DNA of 64,000 bases, taken from assembly GCA_009914755.4 (NCBI GenBank), contig CP086569.2, positions 23,040,001-23,104,000 on the forward strand, read 5' to 3'. The notes beneath the pieces were generated by a model. It was given only the letters and a program-made list of their open reading frames with translations, was not told the origin of the DNA and ran no database searches. The position numbers and the translations under genes are program-made. Source of the stretch: the human T2T-CHM13v2.0 reference genome, Homo sapiens. Shown in pieces: positions 45,701-59,230 of the stretch (the first letter of the stretch is position 1; every line of letters begins with the position of its first letter).

Positions 45701-47281
45701 AGCAGGGAGGTGGTTTTCCCTTGGAGTGGGGCACGGTCAGCGATCTCCTCCCACAGCCCCAAGGAACTCCATGTTCTGCAGTGGATGGCCTGCCACCTCC
45801 ATCCTTGTACTCTTCTTCCTCTGGTGTCTTCTCAAGGTACAGTTGCTGTGTCTTCTTCTGCTGATAGTTCCTCTCAACGTCCAGCTGCTGTGTCTCTACC
45901 TGCTAGGGGCTCGGGGTTTCTTATAGCACAGGATGGGGGTATGGCAGGCCAGGGTGGTCTTGGAAAATGCAACACTTGGGCAAAAAAACCAGAAGTGCAT
46001 GTCCTCACCTAGGTCAGTGAGCACAGGCCTCAGGGTGGAACCCTAGCCAAGAACCACACCCTCCTCTACCAGGCATTTACCTGCTCCCCTTCCATATCAA
46101 TATTTTTTTAAATTTAAAACTCCAAAAATGGTACCCAAATCCTTTAGAGAAGACAGTTGGAGAAAATGTCATTAGGAGAGTCGGTCTAGGATTAGGGTCA
46201 CTACATGGAAAATGGAAACACAGAAAGCATATCCTTCAGGCCGTGGAATCACTGCGGAAACATATCCCTTGCTGAGAAGGACAGGGAAACAAACTGGCTT
46301 CTCTCATCTTCTTGTTCTCTAATCTCTGTAGTGTCACCCCTTGACTAAGCTGAATCAGGAAGTAATTTTTTATGAGAGCCTAGGAAACATGCCTCCCAGG
46401 GCCCAGGCCACTCTATTAGATAACAGTGCCAGGGAGAGGTGATTGATGTGTCTGTGGGCATACAAACCCAGTACCTCACACAAAGGTGTATCAGAGACAA
46501 ATATAGTATCAAGGTATCAAGAGAAATTGTCTCAGGAACAATTCATGCATGTATTTGTGAAAAGACCGAAAAGTAAAACAGAGCTTATGAGATAGTTATC
46601 ATGACAAGAAGATAAAGAAAAGCAGGCAAAATTGTAAAGTCAAGGGTATTTACATTTCATTTATAGGATTTTGAAAATCCCTTACAGAATCCTTTTCCCA
46701 ATATCTTCCACTCATGGATTCATAAAAGAAATATTTACTGAGCTAGTATGGTCTAAGAATTGGGCAAATGGCATCATATGCACTGTTAGTACTTCTATCA
46801 TTGATAGAAAGAATGTTTCTTTTTTTCTACAGTGTTTTTCTCCCAAATATTCTTCAGGAAAATTCATAACTGTACAGATGTGATCAATTGTTCCTGCCCT
46901 AAGAAGGTTCCCCAAACCCCTGTAAACCCAGTTAAGAACTTCCTTCCTCTCCAATTAACTTACTAAATTGTATATATTGTAACACTTGTCAGAGTACATT
47001 GCAATTATTGCTCTTCCCTTCATCCTCCAATTAAACTATGAATATTTTACAGGAAAAGTCTATAAACACAATGGCTTGACATTTGTCAATATTTATTGTT
47101 CAAAAGGTTATTAGATATTTATATATAATAATCTAACATATTTATCCTAATTTCTGGAAAACAATATAAACAATGTTAATTGCCCATTCCCCATGAACTG
47201 CTCAACTTTAAAAAATGTCTGTGCTTTTGGAGCAGTTATACAAACTTCCAAAAGACACCTGAAAGAGTTTTTAATTTTTTT

Positions 47282-47565
47282 TTATTGTTATATTGAATTA
47301 TTTTGTAGAGACAAAGTCTTGCCCCATGGCCCAGGCTGAAGCGCAGTGTGTGATCACAGCTCACTACAACCTTGAACTCCTGAGTAAACAGAACAACAGA
47401 TGTGTGCCATCATGCCCAAATTATTAAATTAATTAATTAGTTACATTTGTGGAGATAAGTCTTTCTATGTTGCATGTGCTGGTCTTGAACTCTGGGCTTC
47501 AAACAATCCTCCCTTCATAGCCTCCTAAAGAGCTGCAATTCCAGGCATAAACCACCAGACCTCAA
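47282..47565 (-). mobile_element. Alu SINE (antisense, old AluJ-like, heavily diverged)
   Basis: tgtagagacaaagtcttgccccatggcccaggctgaagcgcagtgtgtgatcacagctcactacaaccttgaactcctgag…cctcctaaagagctgcaattccaggcataaaccaccagacc. Confidence 0.75.
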
Positions 47566-47859
47566 TGAAAAAAATTTAGACTTTAGAATATTGCAATATG
47601 TCAGGTTTAATTTCTTCTTTCAATTTTGCATTTACAGTGGCACTTGAGAATATTTCTTAGAGTGTGATTTCTCATATTTGGTCACCAAATTTTCAAATCT
47701 TTATTCTGTTACTTAAACCCTCATAACTGGTAGTCAAGTCGGCTGACAGTCGAGTACATGGGTGTTTTGTGTTGAGGTTATGAAGACAAATGTAGAGAGA
47801 TATTAAGAACCAAAGACATTTATTTTTTATATATGCTAAAGCTTTATCCTCACAGGTGA

Positions 47860-48183
<324 letters not shown>

Positions 48184-51100
48184 TCATGGCATGGGTAGTT
48201 TTATAAAATACCCTGAAATACATACTTTAGTAACCAGTTCAGCACTTGCAATTTCCCAACTTTGTTTTCATCAGGAGTTAATGATGTATGGCACTTCTAG
48301 TAAGTAAGTGTTTGAATTGCTGTGAGTTATTTTAGTCATTTCTCAGCTAACCACTTAAGTTATCAAAGATCTTTACTTGTGCAATATCATAAATGCTGAA
48401 CATTAAAAATTAGTCAACAGGATTAGCTGCCATCTAATGTGATATTTTTCAGTAAGATAACAGCAGTAATTATGCAAAAAATAATCATTCCCATAGTTTG
48501 AGCCATGATAGCAATTTCTACCTTAGGATTTCACAGTCAGAGTCCAGATCTGGGCAACAGTGATTAACATAGTGGTTACTAATGAGAAGAGATTTTGATA
48601 CATCTAGCTATATAAGATGTCAGTGCCTTGAAGGGACGGTTTTGGCATATTAATTAGAAAGAGTGCATTGGACTGGATACTAAGAAATATATTGCATTAT
48701 TTTTCTTGTCCTCTATAACAGGAAAGGTCAATTAGAGATATAGAAACAATGGAACATTTCACAGCATGGCTTGACATTTCACTGCAGTTTTATTTTTTTT
48801 TACCATGTACAAAGTTCATTAAATATGCAAAGGTAGGACTGTTACAGGATGAAAGTGGTGGAGTCAGAGGTCGTAATCCACAGCAACGTGATAGGCTCTT
48901 GCAGACGGTACCCTGAGTGCTGAATTAGAGTAAGAATCAGCTTTCAGGCTGCCAGCAGGGGACAAGGAGAATGAAGCTATCAGCAGTTAACAATATTGGA
49001 TTAATTGAAATGAATGTTGACAGAGATTTTATTGGCTTTACATCAAATTGACTATAGCACTTCAAATTGATTATTTGATAAGGGTAAACTCTTATCAAAC
49101 TTCCCACATGTAAAATTGAGGATTAATTAAAAGATTACACAACCCATACATATGGTATCTCAATTAAATTTCTATACACATGTGCAAAATTGCAGTATGC
49201 AAATATTTGTCTACATCTAAATATATCCAAATCCATTGATGAACAGCTAGAAATTTAGAAATTATTCTCCCATTTTACCATTCCCTTTCTGAGGATTTTG
49301 TCACAAATATTATTTTTCCATCTGTTTGAATCCTACTCTCTGGAGGCATGTAATGTATGGATACAGTAAAGCCATGAGATATTATGGGGTTTGTATCAGA
49401 GAAAACAATAACACTGGTGTTATAAAAGATCCATTGTGATTATTATAAAAAGTCCCCTTCCTCCTTACTTGTATCAAAGTCTTTTTCATCATGGGGGAAA
49501 TAATGCAACATACTTTGGTAAGTTAAAAAAGTATAAAAGTAAAAATAAATCCCACTGCAGATGGCAGGGGACCTTCTGTGTGTGTCTAGCGAGAGAATGT
49601 GGCTGAGCATTAAGGCCTACCTGAGTATTGGTGTAGACACCCAGTTTCCCTCCTACCAGAGTGAGTGTGGGCACGTTCCAGCCTGCGTGTTTGAGCTGGT
49701 GCATGTGTGTGCACACCTGTGCCTGTGTACCTTTGTGTACCTTGGTTTGGGGAGGGGACCCACATTCCCACCCACAGGTATGACTCAAACTCAGCTCTTG
49801 AGCTGCCAAGCAGGGGTCAGCCGGGTTTGGCAATCCAACTTCAGGACCCATGAAGCCTGAGCCCTAGGGAGACGTGAAGAGTCCTCATTGCTCTCACACA
49901 TGGCAGAGGTAGGAGGAAAAGGGTGGTTGGCGCGAGCTACCTAGAGAAGATGTCATGGACCTCAAATGACATCTGGAGGGAAATGAAACCTAGCAGCTGT
50001 CTTTGTCTTCCTGTGTGTTCAGTCGGTACATTCAGGGAAGAAGCAATGGAACCGGAGGGGCTTTGGGATGCACTGTCTGGGAATCCCTGTGCACCAGAGA
50101 GTTTCCAGCCCATGAGACAGGAGGACAGCATGTGGGCCCAGCAAGGCCTGAGTCTCCAGGGAAGTTGGCATTCTCCCCAAGAGGGCACGGGTCGGTAGGT
50201 GGAGGAGAAACCCAGGCCGCGGGGTCAGGTAGATGGGACACTTATCACTTAGCCAGGTGGGAGCTCAGGAGAATGCCTGGTGAGCAGCGGCCTAATAGGC
50301 CAGTGACACCCAGTTCCAGTACTGCATGTGTGGACACAAAAGCTTTGCCCTGTGCATCCTCTCCAGGGTGCCTCATGTGGGTGGACAGGAAGCAAGGCAC
50401 ACAGCATCCTAAGCTTATGGTCATGAGTGGACACAGAGGGGGTCTCCAGTATCACTAGTCCCAGGAGAGGCAGGCATGCATGATCTCTTCAGCACAGGGT
50501 TAAAATGCATAAGCCCAGCTCTCCACCCAGTGGGTGTCTTGCCCTGATGATGTCAGCCATGGCAGATACAGCTCTTCCACCTAGATTGCAGATCCACAGG
50601 CTTACGACTCCCCCCTGGCATTCTCCAGGAATGGTCCCTGGACACTGGACCAGCCAGTGCCCCACGGGTGTTCTTTCCAGCCTCCAAGCTCACGGGAAGC
50701 TCATTGATGACTCTCCTCCTAGTACATGGCCACACACAGGCACTATCAACAACCCAGGGTCCTTCTACATTCCAGGGTCCTGCCACCGTACCCAGCAGTG
50801 GGATAATGGAAAGGGAAAGAGCTGGAACAGACAGAGCAGAAGCCACAAGCCTCACCCTCCCGCATGGCAAGGGAATGAGGGGATCCTTCCCAGCCCAGGG
50901 AGCTGCTTCCTGAACACACCTGGAAGCCCAGCACCAGCTGAGGGATTCACTCCACCACACCTGGGCATGGGGGATTTCAATGTGTGCCAGAGACCTTGAT
51001 CCTGGTCGCCCTACCAGGTGTACTTCTCCTCCAGGTCACATTATGTTCACACCCTCCTTAAGCCAGATGGACTCCTTGTCCTCACCACTTAGTGTTGGCT

Positions 51101-52456
51101 GGAAGTGTTACTCCTGGTGCCCCAGCCACTGTTTCAAGGTGCAGAGACTGACAAGCAGACCCCTGAGTCCTTGTCCTCCTGTCCAAGTAATATCCACAGA
51201 AATGGTAGAAGAGTGGCACATTAGACCTCATGACATTTTTAAGGCTGACCTCTTTATAAGCATCTCATCCAGGTATTTATGAGTTTTTCTCATTTATTGT
51301 ATTTATTTATATCTCTCATTTAAAAATCAATTTATGCTTAGAGGTATTTCAACATATAACCAAATGTTCAGAGCTATGACATACAGGTTTCAAGCTTGAA
51401 AGTCTGTACCTGCTATTACGGTGGGTAAAACACATCCAGCACTTACAAAAATACGTAATTATTAGGCATGACCACTGTAGTGGTCTCAAACATTCAAATT
51501 CTCCGCAAACCCATTTGAAAATATTCCTGGTGGTACTGAACACAGTACTTGCTGCTAATGAATAAAAAACAGTGTAAGCATTTTCTGGATACTGGACCAC
51601 CTCTGGCCTAGCTAGGTTAGATAAGGTGAGACAGCTCTGCCTAAGTGTCCTGCTGTCACGGGGACAAACCCCTCAGGAGCCCTGGACCAGTACATCACGA
51701 AGTCTAACACCCTGATAACACTATGCAGAAGGAACATCCCATGGAGAGACTCGTAGAAATAGAAGATGTCTGAGGATCTCAGCAGTCCAGCCCCCACTAT
51801 CTGAGTCATGCTAGCCATGGCACCATGGTGATGAGAAGACATCTGACAATGTCCCCATCCTGAGCCATCACTAGACTGCATCCTCCTGAGTACCCCTGAA
51901 CCACAATCATTTGGCTTACAGACTGTGAAAGACTGCAGAGACTGAAGTTAGTAAATTATAATTATTGTTTTAAGCCATTAAGTTTTAGGTAATTTTGAAA
52001 AGTACTTTAGACTCCTAGAAAAACTGAGTTGTCTACTGATTTGAGTAATTGTGGAGAGCTTTAAAGGCCAATGTCATGAATGCTAATACCCTGGAAAAGT
52101 CAAACCATCAAGACTCTTCAAAACACAATAGATATTTAATGTCCCTTTGCTATGGCTGGAGAATAATATAACGTATCTGACAGAGTTTTTTGAAAGCCTC
52201 TATTCACATCTCTTGGCTGGGTATGGGTCAATTCTGGTCTGGTTTAATTCTAGTCAATTGCAGCAATTCATCTTTTGTTTTAGGTCCTGGCCTACACTGA
52301 TTTTTTGATCACTGACCATGTCTGTGTCTGTGCGTGTATGTTTTGTGTGTTACCATACTTTATCTGAAGGGGCTAAATAATAGTGCTACAGTTGTTTTGT
52401 AAACATAAAGCATTCCACAAAGACGATATTGCTTATCTGCTGAGCTTTAAAACAGA

Positions 52457-52775
52457 TATGAGGCAGGGCATGGAGGCTCACACCTGCACTCCCAGCAGTT
52501 TGGCAGGCCAAGGTGGGCAGATCTCTCGATGTCAGGAGTTTGAGACAAGCCTGGCCAAGATGGCAAGATCCCATGTCTAGTATCATATCAAAGTTAGCCA
52601 GGCTTGGTGGCCCATGGATGTTATCCCAGCTACTCAGGAGGCTGATGCAGGAGAATCCATTGAACCCTGGGGAAGGAGTTTGCACGGTACTGAGATAACA
52701 CCACTGTGCTCCAGCCTGGGCACCAGAGTGAGACTCTGTCTCAAAAATAAAAAAAAAATAATAAAATAATAAAAC
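52457..52775 (+). mobile_element. Alu SINE (sense) with A/T-rich tail
   Basis: ggcagggcatggaggctcacacctgcactcccagcagtttggcaggccaaggtgggcagatctctcgatgtcaggagtttgagacaagcctggccaagatggc… followed by caaaaataaaaaaaaaataataaaataataaaa. Confidence 0.9.
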
Positions 52776-52811
52776 AGGAGAGATCACTGAAGAAAGAAAT
52801 GCATAAAACTG

Positions 52812-53108
52812 AGTGGGCATTGTGGCTCACGCCTGGGATCCCAGCATTTTGAGAGTCTGAGGTGGGTGGATCACTTGAGGACAGGAGTTCGAGACCAGCC
52901 TGAGCAAATATTGTGAAACCTCGTCTCTACTAAAAAAACAAACAAACAAAAATAGTTCGGATTAGTGTCATATACCTGCAGTCGCAGCTGCTCAGGAGGG
53001 TGTGACTGGACAATTGCTTGAAACCAGGATGGGGAGGTTGTAGTGAGCTTAGATCATGCCACTGCACTTCAGCCTAGGTGACAGAGCAGAATTCCATCTT
53101 AAAAAAAC
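52812..53108 (+). mobile_element. Alu SINE (sense)
   Basis: gagtgggcattgtggctcacgcctgggatcccagcattttgagagtctgaggtgggtggatcacttgaggacaggagttcgagaccagcctgagcaa…gcactgcacttcagcctaggtgacagagcagaattccatcttaaaaaaa. Confidence 0.9.
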
Positions 53109-53124
53109 TCAAATAGAGAAAAAG

Positions 53125-53222
53125 ATAGGAAGGAAGGAAGGAAGGTAGGAAGGAAGGAAGGTAGGAAGGAAAGAAGGAAGGAAGGACGGATGGAGGGAGG
53201 GAGGAAGGGAAGAAGGGAGAAA
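53125..53222. repeat. (GGAA)n microsatellite, degenerate
   Basis: aggaaggaaggaaggtaggaaggaaggaaggtaggaaggaaagaaggaaggaaggacggatggagggagggaggaagggaagaagggag. Confidence 0.9.
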
Positions 53223-53834
53223 GGAGACAATTAAAGGCATAAAACCAACAGGAAATGAATAAAAATAAAAAGATGCCATTTTGCCCATTATACACATGAA
53301 TTTTTGAACTATGTTTGAAATAATATCTAGGTCTCTAGTTGACTAACTGAAGATTAAAATAAGCCGGCATCAAAATTACTCATGTAACTATGGGTGTTAA
53401 CTATGATTCTTGTAGTTTTCAACAACCAAATTCTAATTAATATTTGTCATCAAATCACATACTACTAGGGGCAGGGTAGTCTGTGTTATGCTGCCTAATC
53501 TACACTAGATTAAAAAAGAAATCAAATCTGCAAAAGGCTTTACAGTTACTATTATCAGTAAAGAGTGTTTTGTTTCCCAACTTGTGGACAGTTTTATTTC
53601 CACAGTGTTGATAGCTCTGGCAGAAAGCCTTCTTGGTCCAAACTCACCCTTTATCATCACAGTATTTACATGTTCAGGCATTAAGGGGAAAGAGCATCCA
53701 ATCCCACTGCTTTCCTGCATTGATTCCCATGCACAAGCAAAAGTGCTGTGTTAGCGGCTATCAAATATTCAAATATTTGATGAAGGAAATTTGTGTTTCC
53801 AAACTGTAAAACAAAAATATTACCATCCGTTGTA

Positions 53835-53985
53835 TTTGTATTATTTATTTACTTAGAGGCAGGGTCTTGCTCTGTCATCAGGCTGAATCATACATCACTG
53901 CAGTCTCAGACTTTTGGCCTCAGAGGATACTCCAATCTCAGCCTCCCAAAGTATTGAAATTACAGACTTAAGCCATTGTACCCAG
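53835..53985 (-). mobile_element. Alu fragment / free monomer (antisense, diverged)
   Basis: gaggcagggtcttgctctgtcatcaggctgaatcatacatcactgcagtctcagacttttggcctcagaggatactccaatctcagcctcccaaagtattgaaattacagacttaagccattgtacccaggc. Confidence 0.7.
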
Positions 53986-54214
53986 GCTCAAGTTTAGAGA
54001 TAAATGCTAATGAATATATTATAAACCATATAAATAAACATAATTGCAGGCTCTCCAGAACTGTAAGAAACCACTGAAAAACTACCATTGTGGACAAGGC
54101 TGCTGGCAACAATGTAATGCAAGCAAAGGAGTGGGTCCTTCCCCACTGAGTCTTCAGATGATACCAAAGGCCAGCTTGGCATTTCCACTGCAGCTTTTTG
54201 AGAGAACATGCAAC

Positions 54215-54258
54215 ATAGGTGTGTGCGTTTGTGTGTGTGTGTTTGTGTGTGTGTAAGC
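54215..54258. repeat. (TG)n microsatellite, interrupted
   Basis: gtgtgtgcgtttgtgtgtgtgtgtttgtgtgtgtgtaagc. Confidence 0.9.
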
Positions 54259-55359
54259 ATACATACAAAACCTGTTGAACAAACTAGGATCACCCACACA
54301 ATGGAATATGATGCAGCTTTTCGTAGATCTGTTAGAATTCATCCTGAATCAATCAGTTCCTGGGTTTTATTTATTTATTTTTTTGGCTGGTTGGTTACTT
54401 ATTACTAATGATTCCATTTTGGAAATTGAAATTGGACAGGTTGGAGCTGAGACTGGGTCCACTTAGGTTCTGCTGTGGAATGGAGAATGGCAAGCCTGTA
54501 ATTTTGGCTGTGATGGTTACTGGAAGGTCTCTGCATGGATGGGCTAGCTTTCTGCCTGCAGCAAGAGGTCCTCGGACTGACTATCAGCTCCCTTGACATC
54601 TGCTGTCACAGTGGGAGGGGCTGGAGCTGAGACTGCGATTCTCTGTTTCTGAATAAAGTCATGTGCTCTAGAGATTCTAATGCCCAGAGATTTCCATTAG
54701 ATATATCAGAAGTGATCTTCCTTCCAGGGGTACTAAGGCTTATTATATAAACTACTTGCACACTGGGTCCACGTAGGGCCAGAAACTTCATCCTTCACTA
54801 CTAAATTGCCTCTGCTTTTCAGCCTGGGGATGGGTGGAGCACACAGGGTTAGGACGGTCAAAAGTATGGCAGCTGAGATTGGGTGGGGACACATGCCCCT
54901 TCTGTGGATAGTCATCAAGCTGCTGCTTTGTCACAGCCTTGGAAGTTTTGCAGAGAAAATCAGGGTTGGATATGGCAGTCGGCCAGTGATTTGAGCCTGG
55001 CAGACTCCTCAACCATGGTTGGTTGCTGCAGAATGATGCTGTTGCCTAGTTTTTCTGGTGGTGCACCTCTGCTGGCTGGAAAGCAAAGCCACCAGTAAGA
55101 TTACTGTCATGGTCAATGTGAGCCCCATGCATGTACTTTGTTTCTAACTGACCCCAGTTGTCTAATACCCCTAGTGTTTCCCACAGGGTAAGACTAGAGA
55201 GAACATCATGTAAAGAATTGCAAAATGGAAAAGAAAAGGCTGAATGTACACCTTCAACTCTCTCCACCCTGAAGAAACAGTGAGTCTGGGGAAATTTTTT
55301 GTATGCAACACTGTGCTGGCTTGGGGAGGAGAAAAGTATCAGATTAAAACTGTTCTTTT

Positions 55360-55666
55360 GGCCGGGCACAGTGGCTCATGCCTGTAATCCCAGCATTTGG
55401 GGAGGCCAAGGCAGGCAGATCACGAGGTCAGGAGATCAAGACTATCCTGGCTAACACAGTGAAACCCCGTCTCTACTAAAAATACAAAAAATTAGCTGGG
55501 TGTGGTGGCAGGCACCTGTAGTCCCAGCTACTCAGGAGACTAAGGCAGGAGAATGGCGTGAACCCGGGAGGCGGAGCTTGCAGTGAGCCGAGATCACACC
55601 ATGGCACTCCAGCCTGGGCAACAGAGGGAGACTCCGCCTCAAAAAAAAAAAAAAAAAAAAAAAAAA
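55360..55666 (+). mobile_element. Alu SINE (sense, AluY-like) with ~26-nt A-tail
   Basis: ggccgggcacagtggctcatgcctgtaatcccagcatttggggaggccaaggcaggcagatcacgaggtcaggagatcaagactatcctggctaacacagtgaaaccccgtctctactaaaaatacaaaaaattagctgggtgtggtggc… followed by a26. Confidence 0.95.
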
Positions 55667-55889
55667 CTGTTCTTTTATTCTATGTGTGTGGCTATTCTCA
55701 GTTCTACAACTGAAGAAGGTGTCACAGATTCAATCCCAAGTTATAGAATCATTCACTAAGGTGTCCTTATCTAAGGATAGCTGTGAGTTGAGGTTTTGGT
55801 TTTGCAGAGAGGGAGGGAGTTAGGAGAATCACAGAATGCCTATTCTGTCACATCAGACCCTAGAAACAGGCAAGTTGAAAGACTGGTTC

Positions 55890-56188
55890 AGGCTGAGCAC
55901 AGTGGCTCATGCAAGTAACCCCAGCACTTTCAGAGGCCAAGGTGGGCATATCATGAGGTCAGGAGGTCAAGACCACACTGGCTAACAGGGTGAAATCCCC
56001 TCTTTACTAAACATACCAAAAAATAAAAAATTAGCCAGGTCTGGTGGCACGTGCCTGTAGTACCAGCTACATGGAATGTTGAGGCAGGAGTATCTCTTGA
56101 ACCCAGGAGGTAGAGGTCAAAGTGAGCTGGGATCATGCCACTGCACTCCAACCTGGGTGACAAAGTGAGATCAGATCTCAAAGAAAAA
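55890..56188 (+). mobile_element. Alu SINE (sense, diverged)
   Basis: ggctgagcacagtggctcatgcaagtaaccccagcactttcagaggccaaggtgggcatatcatgaggtcaggaggtcaagaccacactggctaacagggtgaaatcccctctttactaaa…. Confidence 0.9.
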
Positions 56189-56404
56189 ATAGTGGTCCTA
56201 AGGGAGGAGGAGTTTAAAATGTTGGGGTGTTTCCATGGAAAAGCTGAAAGCTAGAGCAAACCAAGGGTTGGATTTAAGGAAGAGCTCACAGGACCACTGA
56301 AAACTACCTCTTTGTCCTCTATGGAATGCAGGAAATAGCAAATTCTGAGCTCCACTGCTTACTGATATAGGCAAGTTATCAGCCAGAGATACATATCTTA
56401 ATCT

Positions 56405-56830
56405 GTTTGTGTTCCTATAAAAGACTATGAGACTGGAAAATTTATAAAGAAAAGAGCTTTCATTGGATCTTGGTTCTGCAGGCTGTAAAAGATGTGTGGT
56501 GCCAGCATCTGCATCTGGCGAAAGCCTCGCCAGGTTTCCACTCAGGACAGAAGGTAAAAGGAAAACAGACATGTCAGGTGTGGAGAGAGCAAGAGAGAGA
56601 AGAGGAGAAGGTATCAGGCTCTTTTCAACAACTTCTTTGGATGTAATCTCCACCGTGGGAACTAATACAGTGGAAAACTCACTTAATAACCATGGTGAGG
56701 GCACCAAGCCATTTATGACGGATCCATCCCCATGACACAAACAAACACCTCCCACTAGATGCCATTAACAATGTGGAGGACCACATTTCAACCTGAGGCT
56801 TGGAGGGACAAATGTCCAAACTATATCAAT
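56405..56830 (-). mobile_element. MaLR-family LTR (THE1/MST-like), antisense
   Basis: The + strand reads '…gactatgagactggaaaatttataaagaaaagagctttcattggatcttggttctgcaggctgtaaaagatgtgtggtgccagc…ccccatgacacaaacaaacacctcccactag…caaactatatca'. This is the reverse complement of the THE1/MST consensus, which I recall as tgatatggtttggctgtgtcc…cctcccaccaggcc…ctgcaggctgtacaggaagcatggc…tttataaa. It is more diverged than THE1B. Confidence 0.8.
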
Positions 56831-57139
56831 AGGCAAGTTTAAAAATCATGCCGAGTTACAGTAAAACAATCCTTTTTCCTCTTTAGAATCCTGGAACTAC
56901 AAAAAGCTGGGATTCATTAGCTTCCCGAGATTGGCAAGTTAGTATTCAGACTCTTAGGCAGCAACCTGAGAAGTCAGGGCCATAGTTGGGTAATCTGACT
57001 TCTTGGAAGGAAAATTTGGAAGCTCTATATATTGTTAGAGTGAGGGATGATGAAGACTGATGAGAAATGCCTATGTGCCTGCTCTCAGAGGATCCTGACA
57101 GATCCAAGTCAGGAGAACTGGCAGAAGCTATTAAAGTCA

Positions 57140-57695
<556 letters not shown>

Positions 57696-58215
57696 TTAAT
57701 ACTTCAGTCCTCTGAGAGAAGCTGTGAAATAACAGTTCCCTATTGACTCTAGGGCACTGTGTCAGACACAAACTCTAGAACAAGATCATGATTCAGTTTT
57801 TCTTACCTCTTTTTAAGTGAGCATTTTCACAATCCTATGTGCAAGAGTATCTCAACTAGTTTCTGAGTTTATCTCATAGGGAATTGATGTGGGTGTGGCT
57901 TTTATTTGTTGCATTTGTGGATGGAGGAACAAATTAGAGCCTTCTATTTTATCAACTTGTTGGAGATATCCTTTTTATTATTTTTTTACTTATTTTAAAA
58001 AATTTGTACATAACAGTCATAGATACTTTTGGCATACCTGCCATATTTTGATACAAGCAATGTGTACTGGTAAGGACGGGATCAAAGAGCTGATGAGGGT
58101 GGGTTAAATTATAGTTGCTTAGAAGGAATAAGATCTAGTGTTCGGTAGCACAGAATGAGTACATTTAATTATGATTTATTGTATATCTCAAAAGAATTAA
58201 TAGAGTGAAGGAGGA

Positions 58216-58484
58216 ATGTCGCCCAGGTTAGAATGCATGGCATAATATCGGCTCACTGCAGGCTCAGCCGCCCAGGTTCAAATGATTCTACTGCCTGAGC
58301 CTCCCAATTAACTGTAACAGTACAGGCATGTGCCACCACACATGGCTAATTTTTATATTTTTGCTAGAGATGGGATTTCATGATGTTGGCCAGCCTGGTC
58401 TTGAACTCCTGACCTAAAGTGATCTGCAAGCCTTGGCCTCCCCAAATGTTGGAATTAAAGACCTGAGCCATCACAACTGGACAG
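58216..58484 (-). mobile_element. Alu SINE (antisense, old AluJ-like)
   Basis: gtcgcccaggttagaatgcatggcataatatcggctcactgcaggctcagccgcccaggttcaaatgattctactgcctgagcctcccaattaactg…ccccaaatgttggaattaaagacctgagccatcacaactgg. Confidence 0.85.
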
Positions 58485-58949
58485 TAAGATATGCAAAACT
58501 AGGGAGTTTTATCTTTTCACTTCATCCTCACAATCCTACAGCTGAATAAAAACACAACTTCACAACATGAATAACTCACTTGAAAATCGAAGTTGGTAAC
58601 TTCTCCCTTTAAAATTATTTGCACCCTTACCCTATAAAAAGTGATGATCTTGTCAAAATTTTCTCAGGAAAATACTCCTTCCTTGCAGATTAGTCTGTTA
58701 ATTGTAAGAATTATGGACGGCAAAACTTCTGGAACTTCATGTATTTCATTTTTCTAGGTTGCATAATCAGGAAAATAAATCGACTTAGTTATTTAGGTCC
58801 AAATCTTTTTATTTTTATCATTCGATGATTGCTCAAACCTTTAAGCAATCCATCTGAAACTTTATGCTGTTGTTTATGTTTTATACACTTCATTTTCCCA
58901 AAAGTATGAGGTAAATCATTTCCATTCATATCATCAATTAAATTTGATA

Positions 58950-59230
58950 GGCTGAGTGCAGGGGCTAATGCCTGTAATCTTAGCACTTTGGGGGTCCAAG
59001 GAGGGTGGATCAGGATTTTTAAGAACGGCCTGGCAAACATGGTGAAACCCTGTCTGTACTAACAATACAAAAAATTAGCGAGCTGTGGTGCACACATCTC
59101 TAATAACAGTTACTCAGGATGCTGAGGCAAAAGAATAGCTTGGACCCAGAAGGCAGAGGTTGAAGTAAGGCAAGATGGAGCCACTGCAGTCCAACTTGGG
59201 CGACAAAGCTACACTCCATCTCAAAAAAAA
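58950..59230 (+). mobile_element. Alu SINE (sense, old AluJ-like)
   Basis: ggctgagtgcaggggctaatgcctgtaatcttagcactttgggggtccaaggagggtggatcagg…gctgaggcaaaagaatagcttggacccagaaggcagaggttgaagtaaggcaagatggagccactgcagtccaacttgggcgacaaagctacactccatctcaaaaaaaaa. Confidence 0.85.

Noticed and set aside
50003-50999. 151-aa and 164-aa + strand ORFs with overlapping minus-strand ORFs
   Set aside because: They sit in the GC-rich block 49560-51290 and have proline/serine-rich low-complexity translations. Multiple overlapping frames are open and I recognise no homology. This is treated as non-coding and flagged only as an unclassified region.
56198-56755. 185-aa minus-strand ORF (MGGVCLCHGDGSVINGLVPSPW…)
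   Set aside because: It largely overlaps the antisense MaLR/THE1-like LTR at 56405-56830. There are no recognisable domains or splice context, and a + strand ORF (56463-56735) overlaps it.
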